Shown here one piece after another: positions 42,483 to 57,481 of a stretch of DNA of 64,000 bases. How positions within the stretch are numbered: position 1 is the first letter of the stretch; each line of letters opens with the position of its first letter. The DNA comes from the human T2T-CHM13v2.0 reference genome, Homo sapiens. A program made the position numbers and the translations under genes. The notes beneath the pieces are model-generated. The model was not told the DNA's origin. It was given only the letters and a program-made list of their open reading frames with translations, and did no database searches. Location: the NCBI RefSeq assembly GCF_009914755.1, contig NC_060929.1; one strand, written 5' to 3'.

Positions 42483-45400
42483 TGCCAACATTATTTGTTG
42501 AAAAAAATAGCTAGGGCAATGTCAGTAAACTATCTCAGAAGAAGTTAAACTGAAAACTTACTGCATCTATGCATATGCACCCTCTGAAAATGTAACTAAG
42601 AAGAAGAAAGATTTTGAATAAAACACGTTAAAAGACAATAAATAGATTTGATCTTGAAGGCTGGGGAAAAAATGAATGACAGGATCTTATAGAAACCTGT
42701 GTTTGTAAATTGTGGCACCACTAATGGTTATTCTGTTCTATCCCATCCCCTATTTTTATTTTTATCATATTCATGGTAGAGCCAGGAAAGGCCACCTGAG
42801 AATTGTGCTATGAGACAGCAGTGATGCGGAAGCAAGCATGGAGCCGGCCTTTATGGTGACCGGATTTCGGTCCTGATTTTGCCACTAGTGACTTGGATGG
42901 GTTTTAAGTCACTTCCAACCTTCCCAGACCTTCCTTGCTTTACTTACAAAAGGGTGTAGCCTTTATGATCTCTGAGGCAAGGTCCCATTTAATGGTTTGG
43001 GTACATACCCGGTGACAATTTAATGTCACGATGCATAGGTATGCACAGACTGATGGGATGTCTCTTCCATGTCTTGATTCTCCAAAACTCACAGAGTAAT
43101 GAATAACAATTTCATAGTTTAGAAAACTCCGACATAGGAAATGTCCTGTGGAATGTGTGAAGGCCAGTGTAATGGAATTGATTCTCAAAGGGACATTAAT
43201 GACACAATGGATTCAGACGAACCTGGTTCCATTCTTACGGGTTACATTACACATGGTTAAATAAAAAAGGGAAAAAAATCTTTGAGTATTTTGGGAGTAG
43301 CCTATAGTCTGTCTCTTACCTCATTGGGAAAGAAAAAGTGGTGAAAGTGAGGATTATGTAAGTATTATACCCGTTGGGTTCAACTGGTATTTATGATCAT
43401 TTTTTGGCACTTTGGGTTCTTGTTTCTATAGTGAGATAAATTTGAATTCTTAATGCTTGAAAGCACAGCATACAAGAAATCTGTAAACACAGTAACCACC
43501 AGGCAACTGTTTTACATAAGGAAAAAGAAGGGGAATGTCCAGGTAATTACCCGCGTGTCCTCGCATATACAAAATAGCTTGGGGGCCGGTGATGGTGATG
43601 GAGTGGTAAAAGATTCAGTGAACCATGGAGGACATTTATATAGTTACTGATTAAATGCCATGCATTTATTGCAGAAAAATATGCTTGGTGGAAGTAATAT
43701 TTTATATATTCACTGTCTTCCCCACTTCCCCTTCTTCTAATAAAAAAAATGCTAAGCTTTTTGGTAATTAGAACAATCAAATCAGCCTCCCAGATTAGCA
43801 TTTATTACTACAAATTGCCATTTTTTGAATAAATGAAACTGAGACATTTTTCTGAATTTATTTGGAGTTGCAGAGTAGGAGAATTAAAATCTGAGCTATA
43901 TATATTTATTTTTCTTTTTTATAACTCCATTAGGTGTTGAAGCAACTAAAAAGTGTTAGAAATATAGTCACCAAAATGTTTAAATCAGAATTTTAACCTA
44001 GCCATGGTTCATGACATTGAATTTTACCATACTGAAGAAAAAAACTTGAGCTGTAGTTTGAAGTTGTATATGCAGCAGAAAATGTAGTACGTGTGGGAGT
44101 AATTGGCTCAGCCAGGAAGGGAACAATGTTGGGCCATGTTAATTTGGATTAACCTAGATTGTTCTTGCCTCATGAATGATTTAAAATGAAGAGAAGGGAC
44201 TGCACAGCCTGTGCTGAACAGGCAAGTCAGAACCATCGGGGAACTTACCGCATATTTGCTTCACTAACTTAGGCATGTCCCTCTCCTCTATGAAGAATGA
44301 AGTGTTCCAGGGTCTAACGTTCATTTACTGGGTGCCTTTGTGCGTACTGCAAGGAGGAAACTATGAGGAATCCAGAGGAACTTGTACAGGGATGCCAGGC
44401 TTGTCCCTCCACTTTGAAGATTCTTTTCCGTAGCTGATGCCGCCTCTGCATGATGGGAATGGACTCTGGTCCCCAAGAGCTGGCATGTGCCATGCATCCC
44501 AGGATGGCCCTTCCTGGTCTCAACCCTGAGAGAAGGCCATCTTCAGTCTGTTCCTGGCAATATGGAGGCAGAGGTGGTACTGGCACTCCCGGAATGTCAT
44601 TCCCCAGTCTTGGAGAATCTTCTTTCTCTCTGGAATCAAGACGTAGGTCTAGTGGACAGTAAGGACTTGGTTGTCAACTACTTGCGCTGACAAGACCTAG
44701 ACATACTTTAGCTGGGTAACTTCTTTACCTAAGTTGGGTAAATCATTAGGTACCAGCATAGCCAAGAGTACTTACTGCATTGCTAACAGGAAGTTTGTTT
44801 TCGTAAAGCATCCTGGGACTTTAATTTTCCTTGAATGAAACATCATGGTATAACAAAACACAGTATCTTCACTGAAACAGGCACATACTAGTTAGTGTCC
44901 ATGATCTGAGCTAACTATAGGACACCGATCTTAAGTGTTCTTTCATAGATAGGAGGCATATACATATCCAGCAAATTTCAGTCAGGTTTCATCTATGAAA
45001 AAAACTCATTTATGAAATTTCCTATTTTGGTGTTTTCCGGTTTCTTGTCTCAAGATTGATGGGATTAATCTCCATCCTTTTGATTTCTATTCTGCTATTT
45101 GGGAAGGTAACTGGAGTTATTTTGAGCTTTGTTTTAGCTAATTTGCATAATAATGAAAACTGGATGCTCAGGAGGTAATCTTAAAAATGTACCAAATGGC
45201 AGTACCACTAGTAGTTGTGAGATTAATCAGGTGAGCTTTTACATTTATCCTCATAAAAGGAGGCACAATTTGCTTGATTTGTAACTGACACTGATTTGGT
45301 TTACTAAGTAGTTAATATTTTAAATATTTAGCTCAGAGAGTGCTATTTGGCCAGAGTGTCATGTATTTTCTCAATGCTATCTCCTCACAGAAAAATTAAA

Positions 45401-45499
45401 AGGGCAATGTAGGGAGTTTTTCATGAAGCTATATTTCTTTGATTTTTTTATAAATGCTATCTCTTACCATGATTCTATATGCTTTCTACTGTTTCTTTT

Positions 45500-45798
45500 T
45501 GTTTGTTTGTTTTTAAATTTTTTTTTAGAGAGTCTCACTGTCACTCAGGCTAGAGTGAAGTGGTGCAATCATAGTTCACTGCAGCCTCAAACTCCTGGAC
45601 TCAAGCGATCCTCTTGCTTTAGCATTCTGAGTGGCTAGGACTGCAAGCAAGCACCACCAGGCCCAGCTAATTTTTTTCTTTTTTTTTTTTTGTAGAAACT
45701 GGGGTCTCACTATGTTGTCCAGACTGGTCTCCAACTCCTGGGCTCAAGTGATCCTTCCCAAAGTGTTGTAATTACAGGCCTGAGCCACCATGCCCAGC
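45500..45798 (-). mobile_element. AluJ
   Basis: atagttcactgcagcctcaaactcctgg. Confidence 0.85.
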
Positions 45799-46079
45799 CT
45801 CAATCTTTTTAAGGACAAAATTTATTAGTAGTATATAAAATCTCAAAGTCCAGGGAATCATGGATTTGGTACATTTCTCCAAGTTTCCTCAGTCTTCATT
45901 TTATTAAAAGCATTATTCATTCTGAAGCTATATGCTTCCATTCACATACATATTTAAGGAAATTCCTGAGGGAAATAACTTTGAAAAAGAACTACAATCA
46001 TAAAAAAAAAAAAATAGTGCAACTGTACACACTGAAATAAATAAACCAAGTAAAAATCTCATACCTATCTCCTTATCTC

Positions 46080-46402
46080 TTTTTATTATTTTTTAAATTT
46101 TTATTTATTTATTTAAGACGGAGTCTTAAACTCTTTCACCCAGGTTGGAGTGCAGTGGCAAAATCTGGGCACACTGCAACCTCCTCCCAGGCTCAAGTGA
46201 TCCTCCAGTTACTCAGCCTCCTGAGTAACTGGGACTGCAGGTGCATGCCAACACTCCCGTTTAATTTTGTGTATAATATTTTTGGTAGAGACAGGTTTTT
46301 GCCATGTTGCTCAGGCTGGTCTGAAAGTTTTAAGCTCAGGTGCTCTGCCCACCTTGGCCTCCCAAAGTGTTGGGATTACAGGCATGAGTCACCATGCCTG
46401 GC
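46080..46402 (-). mobile_element. AluJ
   Basis: Diverged dimer. Confidence 0.85.
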
Positions 46403-46932
46403 CCTATCTTTTTATCTCATGTGCACTTGATTTCCATTTTTTCCTAAGGTCCATATGTCACATTTATTTTTCATTTTGTTGTCTTTGAAGGTAATTTTAT
46501 ATTTTCCCTGAGTTTCCCTCTGGGTCCGGGAAAATTTGTCATTAATACCATTCATTTATAATTTAATGGCTTTGTATAATGTACCCATTCCTTTTATTGC
46601 AACTCCTTGAGGTCAATGTGTTAAAATGTTAAATGGAAAAATGATGGGTTAATAACTACTTATTTAGAATCATCTAGAGAACACATGAACTTGCTTTGTT
46701 TTGTTTTGTTTTCATTTTTATTGCTTATATAGTCCAGGATTTAAGAGACTAAAATGGTCTCAATAAAAATGTTGTCTTGGGGAATTCTCATCTTAAATAT
46801 AATTTTTACATATATTTCATGAATTCTGAATCAGAGTTTCAGATAATAAAAACAAAACATTGGTAGTCTTCAGGCTTCCCCGAATATCTGGGTATAGAAA
46901 CTTATACCAAAGCTTAAAAATAAATATATTTT

Positions 46933-47224
46933 GGCCCAGACGCGGTGGCTCATGACTGTATCCCACGATTTTGGGAGGCCAAGGTGGGCAGATCACTTGA
47001 GGCCAGGAGTTCGAGACCAGCCTGGCCAATATGGCGAAACCCTGTCTCTACTAAAAATACAAAAATTACCTGGCCATGGTGGTGCACACATGTAATTCCA
47101 GCTACTGTGGAGGCTGAGGCAGGAGAATCACTTGAGATTCTTGGGGTGGAGGCTGCAGTGAGCTGAGATCGTGCCACTGCACTCCAGCCTGGGCAACGGG
47201 ATGAGACTGTCTAAAAATAAAAAT
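46933..47224 (+). mobile_element. AluS with adjacent (CA)n microsatellite (47236-47280)
   Basis: Dimer followed by acacac repeats. Confidence 0.9.
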
Positions 47225-47235
47225 ATACATATATA

Positions 47236-47267
<32 letters not shown>

Positions 47268-48121
47268 TACACACATACACATATATAAATCATTTAGAGA
47301 GCACTTTATATATATGTATAGTTTGTAAAACTTACATATATATTTTGATAAAAAAAGAATGATCTTACAGACTGAGTTCCAAACACTAGAGGCTTATTAT
47401 TGGTGATCTCACTGTCTTTTGGCTTTTTAAGCTATGAATTTATTAAAGTAGAAAATATGTTTGAATAGGCAACAAAGATTCTTGCCTTGTAATTGAATGA
47501 ATTAATCTTTAATGTTGATTTGTTGTATTTAAAAGCCACACACCTGAAAGTCAGGCACATCACATAATTACTCAAAGAAAAACAGGCCCCTGTTTTACCT
47601 TGAGGAAGATTGGTTGACTTGTCACATGCTTTTGTTAACAAAAAAAGTGGGGAAAAAAAAATCCCCCCAGCCCTTCCTCTAAAAAGAAAGCAATCCTCTT
47701 AATGCAGGAGAAAGACTGCATTTCAGTACCTCAGAAACAAACCAGTTTTGAGTTTTGTCGTGAAAAGAGATGACACATGTAATTACAAGAGCCTTTTACA
47801 CAGGTTGGGAGATTTGATTTGACAGTCGAACCCCATTAAAAGAAATGACTCTAAGGTCCTAAAGCAGCAGTGAACAATTTCCGTCCCACTCTGCCTCAGC
47901 ACAGACATCTAAGAATAGACAAACTCTCAGCCGGAACCACCCACTGCGGGGCACCCAAGTCTGCCTAGTATGCAAATTCCCCAGAGGGTAGAGTTTTTCT
48001 TTTCTTTCTGTTTCTTTCTTTCTTTCTTTCAATTTTAAGAGCTGAAAATAATAGTTACCTTCTCTTTCAGGAGCTGAAATTGCCTTGACATTCAGAGCAA
48101 AACCTACCTTTACAAAATAAA

Positions 48122-48141
48122 ACACACACACACACACACAC
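48122..48141. repeat. (CA)n microsatellite
   Basis: acacacacacacacacacac. Confidence 0.9.
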
Positions 48142-48392
48142 TATAGTAGAAATGACAAAATCAAAATCAATTAAATAGAAGACAAGCCTAATTAGAATGA
48201 ATCAGAAAGAGTTGCTTACATTTGGGCTGCTAATTAGAACTTCATAATAACTTTTTTGTCTTTTGTTTATTTCCTCCCTTCCTTATTCTCTTTCCTCTAC
48301 ATTTTGTCTTTCCCATCAAGTTCCCTACTTCCTCTTTTTTTGTTGTTGTTCAAGTACGTAACTTCCATTGTGATAGTTTCACTCTTTACCTA

Positions 48393-48505
48393 CTTCCTTC
48401 CTTCCTTCTTTCCTTCCTTCCTTCCTTCTTTCCTTCCTTCCTCTCTCCCTCCCTCCCTTCCTTCCTTCCTTCCTTCCTTCCTTCCTTCCTTCCTTCCTTC
48501 CTTCC
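48393..48505. repeat. (TTCC)n/(GGAA)n microsatellite
   Basis: Pure pyrimidine tract with 12 uninterrupted TTCC units at 48458-48505. Confidence 0.95.
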
Positions 48506-48897
48506 ACTGACTGCACTCTGAGGCAAACGCTTACATTGGGCCAGAGCTTGCTGGTTTTTCGGACTGCATAACCCTCATTCTTCATTTGTTCGGGAAGAAC
48601 AAATATAATTTACTTGGAACTTTACTCATCTTACTCCTCCACTTCCCCCTGCCCCTCATTTATCTATAAGAATAATAAAGATTAAGAGAGACCATGTTCA
48701 GGAGTCAAGGTAATTTGAAATAGTCCTTGATGTACAGTGCTTATTAAAAGAGAATCTTGAAGATTCTACAACTAGAGCTCTGTTTCAGAAAACAAGGCAT
48801 CAGTTCCTAAATGTCATACAAATTGACTACATAAGAATTTTCTTGGATGTCTAAATAAAGAGATCCCAGCCCCTAAGCTGTGATCCTGATTCAGTAG

Positions 48898-49191
48898 TTT
48901 TTTTTTTTTTTTGAGAGAGAGAGTCTTGCTCTGTTGCCCAGGCTGGAGTGCAGTGGTGCAATCTTGGCTCACTACAGCCTCCACCTCCTGGGTTCAAGCA
49001 ATTCTCTGCTCAGCCTCCCAAGTAGCTGGGACTACAGGCGTGTGCCACCACATCTGGCTAATTTTTGTATTTTTAGTAGAGATGAGGTTTCACCATGTTG
49101 GTCAGGCTGGTCTCGAACTCCTGGCCTCAGGTGATCCACCTGCCTCGTCCTCCCAAAGTGCTGTTAGAGGCATGAGCCACTGTGCCTGGCC
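48898..49191 (-). mobile_element. AluS
   Basis: Dimer. TSD ctgattcagtagtt. Confidence 0.9.
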
Positions 49192-49872
49192 TGATTCAGT
49201 AGTTCTTAAGGAAGGTAGAGGGGCAGGGCAAGAGTTTCGTGAAGCTCCTCTTTGGGAATCTACTGGGATAGAGTGACTCACAAGATTTGAACAAAGAAGC
49301 TTGGACTAGAATCAGGGTTTGGTGGATCATTCTTTGATTTTAAGTTTACCTCATTAGAAAAAAAGATGGTAATAATAACAACAGAGTTGCTGTGAAGATT
49401 TTCAATAAGACCTGGAAGTGACTGCTTGTGATATACACTCAGTGAACCACAGCTATTCCAATGGAGGCTTCAGTTCAAAAAAAAAAAGCTGGGTTCATAA
49501 GCTCTGGCCTGTCTGTCTACTTCAATTGAGAAGGAATTTCTTAAGGTTTCCTTGGAAATAGAGTCACAACGACCACAGAATTGAGATCTGAATTGTCCTA
49601 CAGAGAACAACCCCTCTTTGTAGGAGAAAAAGAAAACACAAATGTATGGCAATCTTTTTAGGGGAAAAGGGGGAGTCAAAATCCAAGATGGTTTTCCTGA
49701 GAATATTCAAATTAGATTATGGAGATAACAAGATGTGAACCAAGGAAAAAGAACGAATTGCCTTTATGCATGGGAGGTGAAGTAGCTGGAATCCCACCTT
49801 CATATCTTAGTTACCTCTGTAACCTGGGGACAGATTTCTTCTCAGAACCTCTGTTTACTCAAGAACTGGAGA

Positions 49873-50177
49873 GGCCGGGCTCAGTGGCTCACACCTGTAA
49901 TCCCAGCACTATGAGAGGCTGAGGCGGGCGGATCACTTGAGGTCAGGAGTTCGAGACCAGCCTGGCCAACATGGTGAAACCCTGTCTTTACTAAAAATAC
50001 AAAAATTAGCTGGACGCGGTGGCATAAGCCTGTAATCCCAGTTATTCGGGAGGCTGAGGCAGGAGAATCGCTGAACCTGGGAGACGGAGGTTGTAGTGAG
50101 CCGAGATCACGCCACTGCACTCCAGCCTGTGTGACAGAGTGAGACTCCGTCTCAAAAAAAAAAAAAAAAAAAAAAAA
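49873..50177 (+). mobile_element. AluS
   Basis: Dimer. TSD aagaactggaga. Confidence 0.93.
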
Positions 50178-50574
50178 GAACTGGAGAATATATCTGCCTT
50201 GGGGGCTGTGGAGAGGATAGAAGGCTGTGTTTAGCGCACAGCCTAGTACACGAGCATTTGTTAAGTGGATGCAAGACCATGACGTTCATTTCCTTCTGAA
50301 ACAAGTGAGCAATCATGAGTGAGGCAATCTCATCTTTTCCCTCACCATTTTTTATGAGCAATTTCTCTTAAAGGAAAATTCTGATGTTACGGATTAACTC
50401 TGGTTTAGTTTTTATTCATTCTGTATATATAACACTTTCCCATATGTCACCTCTCCTAGTGTGTTCTACATTGCTTCATTCATTCATTAACCAAATATTT
50501 ATTAAGCAGCTGCTATCTTCCAGGCACTATATTCCCACAAATGCTAGGAATATGTTGAGCCTAAAAACAGAGCT

Positions 50575-50712
50575 GGCCAGGCTCAGTGGCTCATGCCTGT
50601 AATCCCAGCATTTTGGGAGGCTAAAGTAGGAAGAGCCCTTAAGTCCAGGAGTTCAAGACCAGCTGGGGCAACACAGTGAGACCCCATCTCTATTTAAAAC
50701 ACAAAAAGCAAA
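50575..50712 (+). mobile_element. FLAM monomer
   Basis: Monomer. TSD aaaaacagagct. Confidence 0.82.
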
Positions 50713-50724
50713 AACAGAGCTCAT

Positions 50725-51905
50725 GAGGGAGATGCAGATTAAAACCACAATGAGATATCACCTCTCACCTGTCAGCATGGCTATTATTAGAGAGACAAAA
50801 GATAACAAATGTTAATGAGAATGTGGAGGAAGGGAACTCTTGTACACTGTTTGTGGGAGTATAAATTAATACAGCCATTATGGAAAATTGCATGGAGGTT
50901 TCTCAAAAAACTAAAAATAAAATTACCATATAATCCAGCAATCCCACTTCTGGGTAGTTACCCACAAAATTTGAAATCAGCGTGTTGAAGAGAAGTCTGT
51001 ATGCCCATGTTCATTGTAGCACTAGTCACAATAGCCAAGATACGGAATCAACCTAAGGGTCCATCAGTGGATGACTGAATGAATAAAGAAAATGTGGCAG
51101 GCCAGGTGCAGGGGCTCACGCCTATAATCCTAGCACTTTGGGCAGATTGCTTGAGCTCAGGAGTTTGAGACCAGCCTGGGCGACATGGCACAACCCCGTC
51201 TCTACAAAAAATGCAAAAAACTTAGCTGCGTGTGGTGGTGCATGCCTGTGGTCCTAGCTACTTGGGGAGCTGAGGTGGGAGGATGACTTGAGCCCGGGAG
51301 GTGGAGGTTGCAGTGAACTGAGATCATGCCACTGCAGTGGAAAAAAAAAAGTGAGACCCTATCTCAAAAAAAAAAAAAAAAAGGAAAGAAAAAGAAAATA
51401 TGGCATACATATATATAATGGAATACTAGTCAGCCTTATAAAAGGAAGAAGTTCCATCATTTGTGATGATATGGATGGAATTGGAGAACATTATGCTAAG
51501 TGGAATAAGCAAAACGCAGAAAGACAAACACCACGTGCTCTCACTTAAACTAAAACAACTGATCTCAGAAGCAGAGAGTAGAACAATGGTGATCAGAGAC
51601 TAGCCGGTGGGGGGAACAGGGAGATGATAATCAATGGATACAAAGCCTCACTTAGGCAGAAGGAATGAGTTTGATTTTTGTTTAGATCTATTGCATAGCA
51701 TGGTGACTATCCCTAACAACTGAGTACTGCACATTTCCATTCGTTAAAAGAGTAAATCTCAGATGCTCTCATCACAAAAAAATAGGTCAAATATTGGAAG
51801 TGATGGATAAGTTAAGTCACTAATTAATAATTTCATATTATATTAAAAAATCATAACATTGTTTTGTACTCAGTAAATATATACAACTATAATTTGTCTA
51901 TTAAA
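50725..51905 (+). mobile_element. L1MA-like ORF2 3' end and 3' UTR, interrupted by an AluJ (51100-51392)
   Basis: aaaaccacaatgagatatcacctc...ccagcaatcccacttctggg is L1 ORF2. Alu TSD aagaaaat(g/a)tggca. Confidence 0.88.
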
Positions 51906-52244
51906 AGTCCCCAGAGCCCACAACTTTCACTTCAACTCTGGACTCCAAAACATCACTTGCCTCTTGGCCGCTGCCCTTGGACGACCCACAGGCATCTCAG
52001 AGGTAATATATCCTGACATGAACTTCTGATTTCCCCCAGACCTTGCTCCTTCATCCTTTCAGGGTTCATCTGAGGGTAAATTCATCCTCCAGATACTCAC
52101 CCCAAGTCATCAACTCCACCCTCGGTTCAGCTTTTCTTATACTTGATAGTCCACGTGTCAGGAAATGTTGACTCTACATGTCCCCCATAACTGGGATCCA
52201 ACCAGTCTTGCCACCCTGGCCCAGGCCAAATGAATCTCTTATTG

Positions 52245-52817
<573 letters not shown>

Positions 52818-53094
52818 GGGAATCTCTTATTCCGATTATTTGCAAGAGACTTCTCACCAACTTCTCTGCTCCTACCCTTGCTACTAAAATTCAACTCTTC
52901 TCATTAGAGCAGCCAGAAGTACCTTGCTAAGGTGTAAGTGGGATCATGTCACTCCTCAGCTCAAAACCTTCAATGGGCTCCCTGTCTTGCTCAGATGGAG
53001 AGCCAAGGTCTCCACTAGATTAGACCTGGCAGAAGGAACAGTAACTCACTAGGTCCTACAGGCAGGACTGACTGCAAAAAGGGCTGGGCCTTGC

Positions 53095-53201
53095 TTAAAC
53101 TCTTAAGAATTTCAAGAGAGCAAAGCATTCGATCCAGCACAGGACTCTGAGTGTGGGGTCCTTTGTGACTGTCCAGGTGGCACACCCATGAAGCTGGTCC
53201 T
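53095..53201 (-). mobile_element. MER91-like hAT-Tip100 fragment
   Basis: aagaatttcaaga...ccaggtggcacacccatgaagctggtcct. Confidence 0.6.
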
Positions 53202-53791
53202 CCCTGCAAGATCTCCATGGGTTCTCCTTCCCATACCTCCCTCCGCTATCTCTGACTCCATCTTCTTCCTTTCTCTCTGCTTAACCAGGCTGGCCAGCTG
53301 ACAGGTCCTCTAAGAGGAAATCAGGCACCTTGCCACTTTCTGGCCTTCGTGCTTGCTAGTCCCTCTGCCTGGAACTTTTCCAGATTCCCTCCCTCCTCTC
53401 ATGACTTTGCTCCAATGTCACATTCTCACGAGGCCATCCCTGATTATCCTATTTTAAATTGCAAGCCACTGCACACCCCTTCTCACACACACACCTTGCT
53501 CTCCTCCCCATTCCCTGATTATTTCCTTTATAGTGCTAGTCATCAAGATATGAGACCTTTTTCTTAAATAATTCGTTATTCGGTCTCCTTCCATAGACTA
53601 TAAACTTCAGAGGACAGTGATTTTTGTCTTTTTCATTCAATGTTACTTCCAGTGCCTAGGATGGAGTAGATTGTCAATACATCTTATTTGAAGAGATGAG
53701 TAGGTCAGTGGCAGAGGATGTAACAATTAAACAAACAATCATCCAACAATACACAATTAAACCAGAATCATGTACTGAGAAGGAAGGTAAC

Positions 53792-54160
53792 TGTATTAGT
53801 CTGTTTCCATGCTGCTAATAAAGATATACCCAAGTCTGGGTGATTTAAACAGGAAAAAGTTTTAATGGACTTGCGGTTCCACATGGCTGGGGAGGTCTCA
53901 AAATCATGGCAGAAGGCAAGGAGCAAGTCACATCTTACATGGATGGCAGCGAGTAAAAAGAGAGCTTGTGCAGGGAAACTGCTGTTTTTAAAACCATCAG
54001 ATCTCATGAAACTTATTCACTATCACGAGAACAAAATCATGGGAAAGACTCGTCTTCATGATTCAATTACCTCCCACCAGGTTCCTCCCATGACATGTGG
54101 GAATTGTGGGTGTTACAATTCAAGATGAGATTTGGGTGGGAACACAGCCAAACCATATCA
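53792..54160 (-). mobile_element. Solo THE1 LTR (ERVL-MaLR)
   Basis: TGtattagtc...gccaaaccatatCA with a perfect 5-bp TSD, GTAAC. Confidence 0.95.
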
Positions 54161-54648
54161 GTAACCTAGTTCCACAAAAGACATAACCCCAACCAGGAGC
54201 CAGCTGGGGAGGGGGAAAGGTGTCCAGGCAGAGGGAACAGCTGGACAAAGGGCCTGTGTGCTGAGGAAACAAGGAACACTTGATGAGCTAAGAGAGGCCA
54301 CAGTAGTGGGAATGCACAGACAAAAAAGCAAAGTTGGAAAAGATGAGTGTGGGCACCTGGCTGAGGTTCGAGCCAGCAGACCCTTGCAAGCCATGCAGAG
54401 GACACCGCCCTTCATCCTTGGGATGATTAGAAGTCACAGGAGGGCTGCAGACAGAAAGGGCATATGAGAGAAAAGAAAAGATTATTCTAGGTTCAGTGTA
54501 GAGAACAGATGGGGGTGGCCTCAGGGAGACTGGAGAGAAAGTTATTTGCAGACTGCTGGGTGACAGTTGCTTGGATGATAGAGGGGGCAGAAAAGATAGA
54601 GAAAACCAGGCTGTTGAGGCTTTTATTTAGGTGGTAAAAACCACAGAA

Positions 54649-54929
54649 TTGGCTCATGCCTGTAATCCCAGCACTTTGGGAGGCTGAGGCAGGTGGATCA
54701 CCTGAGGTCAGGAGTTCAAGACCAGCCTGGCCAACACGGCAAAACCCCGTCTCTGTTAAAAATACAAAAATTAGCTGGGCATAGTGGCGCGAACTTGTAA
54801 TCCCAGCTATTTGGGAGGCTGAGGCAGGAGAATCGCTTGAACCTGGGAGGCGGAGGTGCAGTGAACCGAGATTGTGCCATTGCACTCCAGCCTGGGTGAC
54901 AGAGCGAGACTCTGTCTCAAAAAAAAAAG
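54649..54929 (+). mobile_element. AluS (slightly 5' truncated) in an antisense L2 remnant
   Basis: Dimer starting tggctcatgcctgtaatccc. Confidence 0.9.
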
Positions 54930-55599
54930 AGAAAAGGCTGTTGCAAAGTGATGTCATCAGAGGCTTCAGTTAAGGCAAGGAGGTGGGAAGGATCCTCCAA
55001 AAAGAAGGTTGAGGGTAAAAAGGAGTTTGCACATGATGAGGCAGAGGTTTTGGAGGGTGGCATGGCAGCATTCAGGAGGTAAGGGCAGAACTTGGCTGAA
55101 TCTGGGGCAAGGAACCATATGAAACCTTATGGATTTGCTGGTGTTGCAGCATGAAATGTTTGTTCATGGTAGTTTACCCTGGTGTTGGCTGATAGTGATG
55201 GGAGATAAGGGACATGAAGATTCGATTTCCGCAGTCCCGTGGGGGATGGCGAGCCCTGGGCCTAATGGCTAAAGGTCTCGAGTCACAAGACCTGGGGTGA
55301 GGTCCTTCTAAGCTTCTGGGTAGGGAGGTGAATTCCACCCCTGCACAACTCTGGGTCATAACTTCTTGGAGGTTGGTGCTATCTTAATGAGCGCAAAGGA
55401 GGAAGCCCTGAATTTTCTCTAAGCTGTCCCCCACTTTGTCTCCGTCCACCTAGTAGGCTGGCCCTCAAACCAAGCATGAGTGGGCGGGCGTACTTTACAC
55501 TCGGGTTAGGTACTCACTGTTCTGTCACCTCAAATCTCTTTGAAGACTTGCGTGGCTTTATGCTTCTTGACCCTCCCTCTCTCATGACTAGAAGATGCT

Positions 55600-55775
55600 A
55601 GCAGACCCCGGGCTTGAAGCTTGGCACTGAGACTCTGGGGCAAGTTACATAACCTCTTTGTGCTTTATCTTCCTTATCTGTAAACTGGGAGTAATAATCT
55701 GGCTCAACTCACAGCGTTGTCACCAGAATCAAATGACGTAAGTGGTCTAAAGCACAGTATCTAAAACCTAGTAAG
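55600..55775 (+). mobile_element. MIR
   Basis: ggggcaagttacataacctctttgtg...atctgtaaactgggagtaataat. Confidence 0.7.
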
Positions 55776-56297
55776 AGATCAAAGAAAAAGTGCAGCCCCA
55801 TCTCTTCCCACTTCCTGGTTTGTTCCCTTGACTCTAGCTGTACGGGACACTTTCCAACCCATCGTACAATTCTCCCTGCTATGCTTTTGAACATGCCTGG
55901 AATTCCTTTCCTTCATGAGTCTCCTCTGCCTTCTCCACTTCACTACGGCTCACTGTGTGTCTATAAGTTTCTACCCATTCTACCCATTCCTGACTCAGGA
56001 GTGCTGACATGTAACTACTCCGGTGCTCCTCTGTCGCTCACTCCAGCTCCTTCCTAGCAACCATCAACTTACCAACATCGACTCATGAGCACGAGGGTCT
56101 CCTCACTAGGCTGTGCGTGACTTGTGGGCAGGGACCCTCCTCATTCTCTTATCCCCAGTACCTTGAATATTGCCTCATGCTCAGCGTTTCAAAATATCTG
56201 TTGCGATGTAAATGACTTAAGTAACAGGACTGTCTTTTCTCTCCAGATCTATTTGTCTTTTACAAGGAGACGAAAACTTTAAGTAAAAATGACTTTT

Positions 56298-56610
56298 GGC
56301 CAGGCTTGATGGCTCATGCTTGTAATCCCAGCACTTTGGGAGACTAAGGTGGGAGGATTGCTTGAGTTCAGGAAATTTGTGATCAACCTGAGTAACATGA
56401 TGAGACCCCCGTCTCTACAAAAAATTAAAAAATTAGCCAGGCTTAGTGTCACATACCTGTAGTCCCAGCTCCTCAGGAGGCTGAGGCAGGAGAATCAATT
56501 GAGCCCAGGAGGTCAAGGCTGCAGTGAGTCGTGATCGTGCCATTGTACTTCAGCCTTGGTGACAGTGTAAGACCCTATCTCAAAAAAAAAAAAAAAGAAA
56601 AAAAAAGAAA
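56298..56610 (+). mobile_element. AluJ
   Basis: gagcccaggaggtcaaggctgcagtgag. TSD aaaaatgac. Confidence 0.88.
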
Positions 56611-57481
56611 ATGACACTCAACTGTCCCATTTCAGGCAATGGTCAGGCAGAGGAGAAGGTATTTATCTGGGGAAGAATAGGGTGACTTGCTGAGAAGGGA
56701 GACATATTGGTGGGAGTCACCCTAGAATCACTAAAACTGTGTTATTTCTTATGAACACTTCTGACTCCCTCTCTTAATAAGGCCAATTTTGTATTTGGTA
56801 GCAACATAATGTGTTATCTTGTGTGAATATGTTTTAAAAATAAAATAATCTTATATTTTATAAACTTATGCAGATTATTTTCTTTGTATTATAAATTGTA
56901 TTATTGAGCATGCTTATGTATAATAATGGGATTGTTTCTTTTTAGTAATTAAAAATTTTTATTCTTCATTTACACAACACATACAAAAAGAACGTTGTAC
57001 TTTTTAAAAGACATTCCCATTGGTAGTGGCTTCATTTAAACTGGGAGTTTGATTTTAGGGAGACATTCTGGGCAGTTGTGCTATCTACCTAGCTTGATTG
57101 GTACTTTCTTATAAACTTGGTCTTCCGGGAAACATTTGCATCTGGCAGGGGTCTGTAATTCTCAGTGGGCTAGATTTGGTCTTGGCTGATTTTTTGAGGC
57201 CACCATTTTGTTGGTTGGTTATTTATACGTGCCCAACCACCTCACTGCCCAACCAGTGAGTTCAGGTTCACTCACACAAAGTCCTTCTGACATTAGAATC
57301 AGAATTCTTCCTGTAGATTTCCCCCATCATCTGATTCTCTGAAGCAGGTATAAATTCACACTTAGGAGAGATACCACACCAGCTATAAGCCACTCTCAAA
57401 TGCAAGAGGAGGCCAAAAAGTATTGCTGTTGAATCAGACACAGCTTTGTTGTGTTGAGCCTAAAGATAGTTTTAATTTGAA

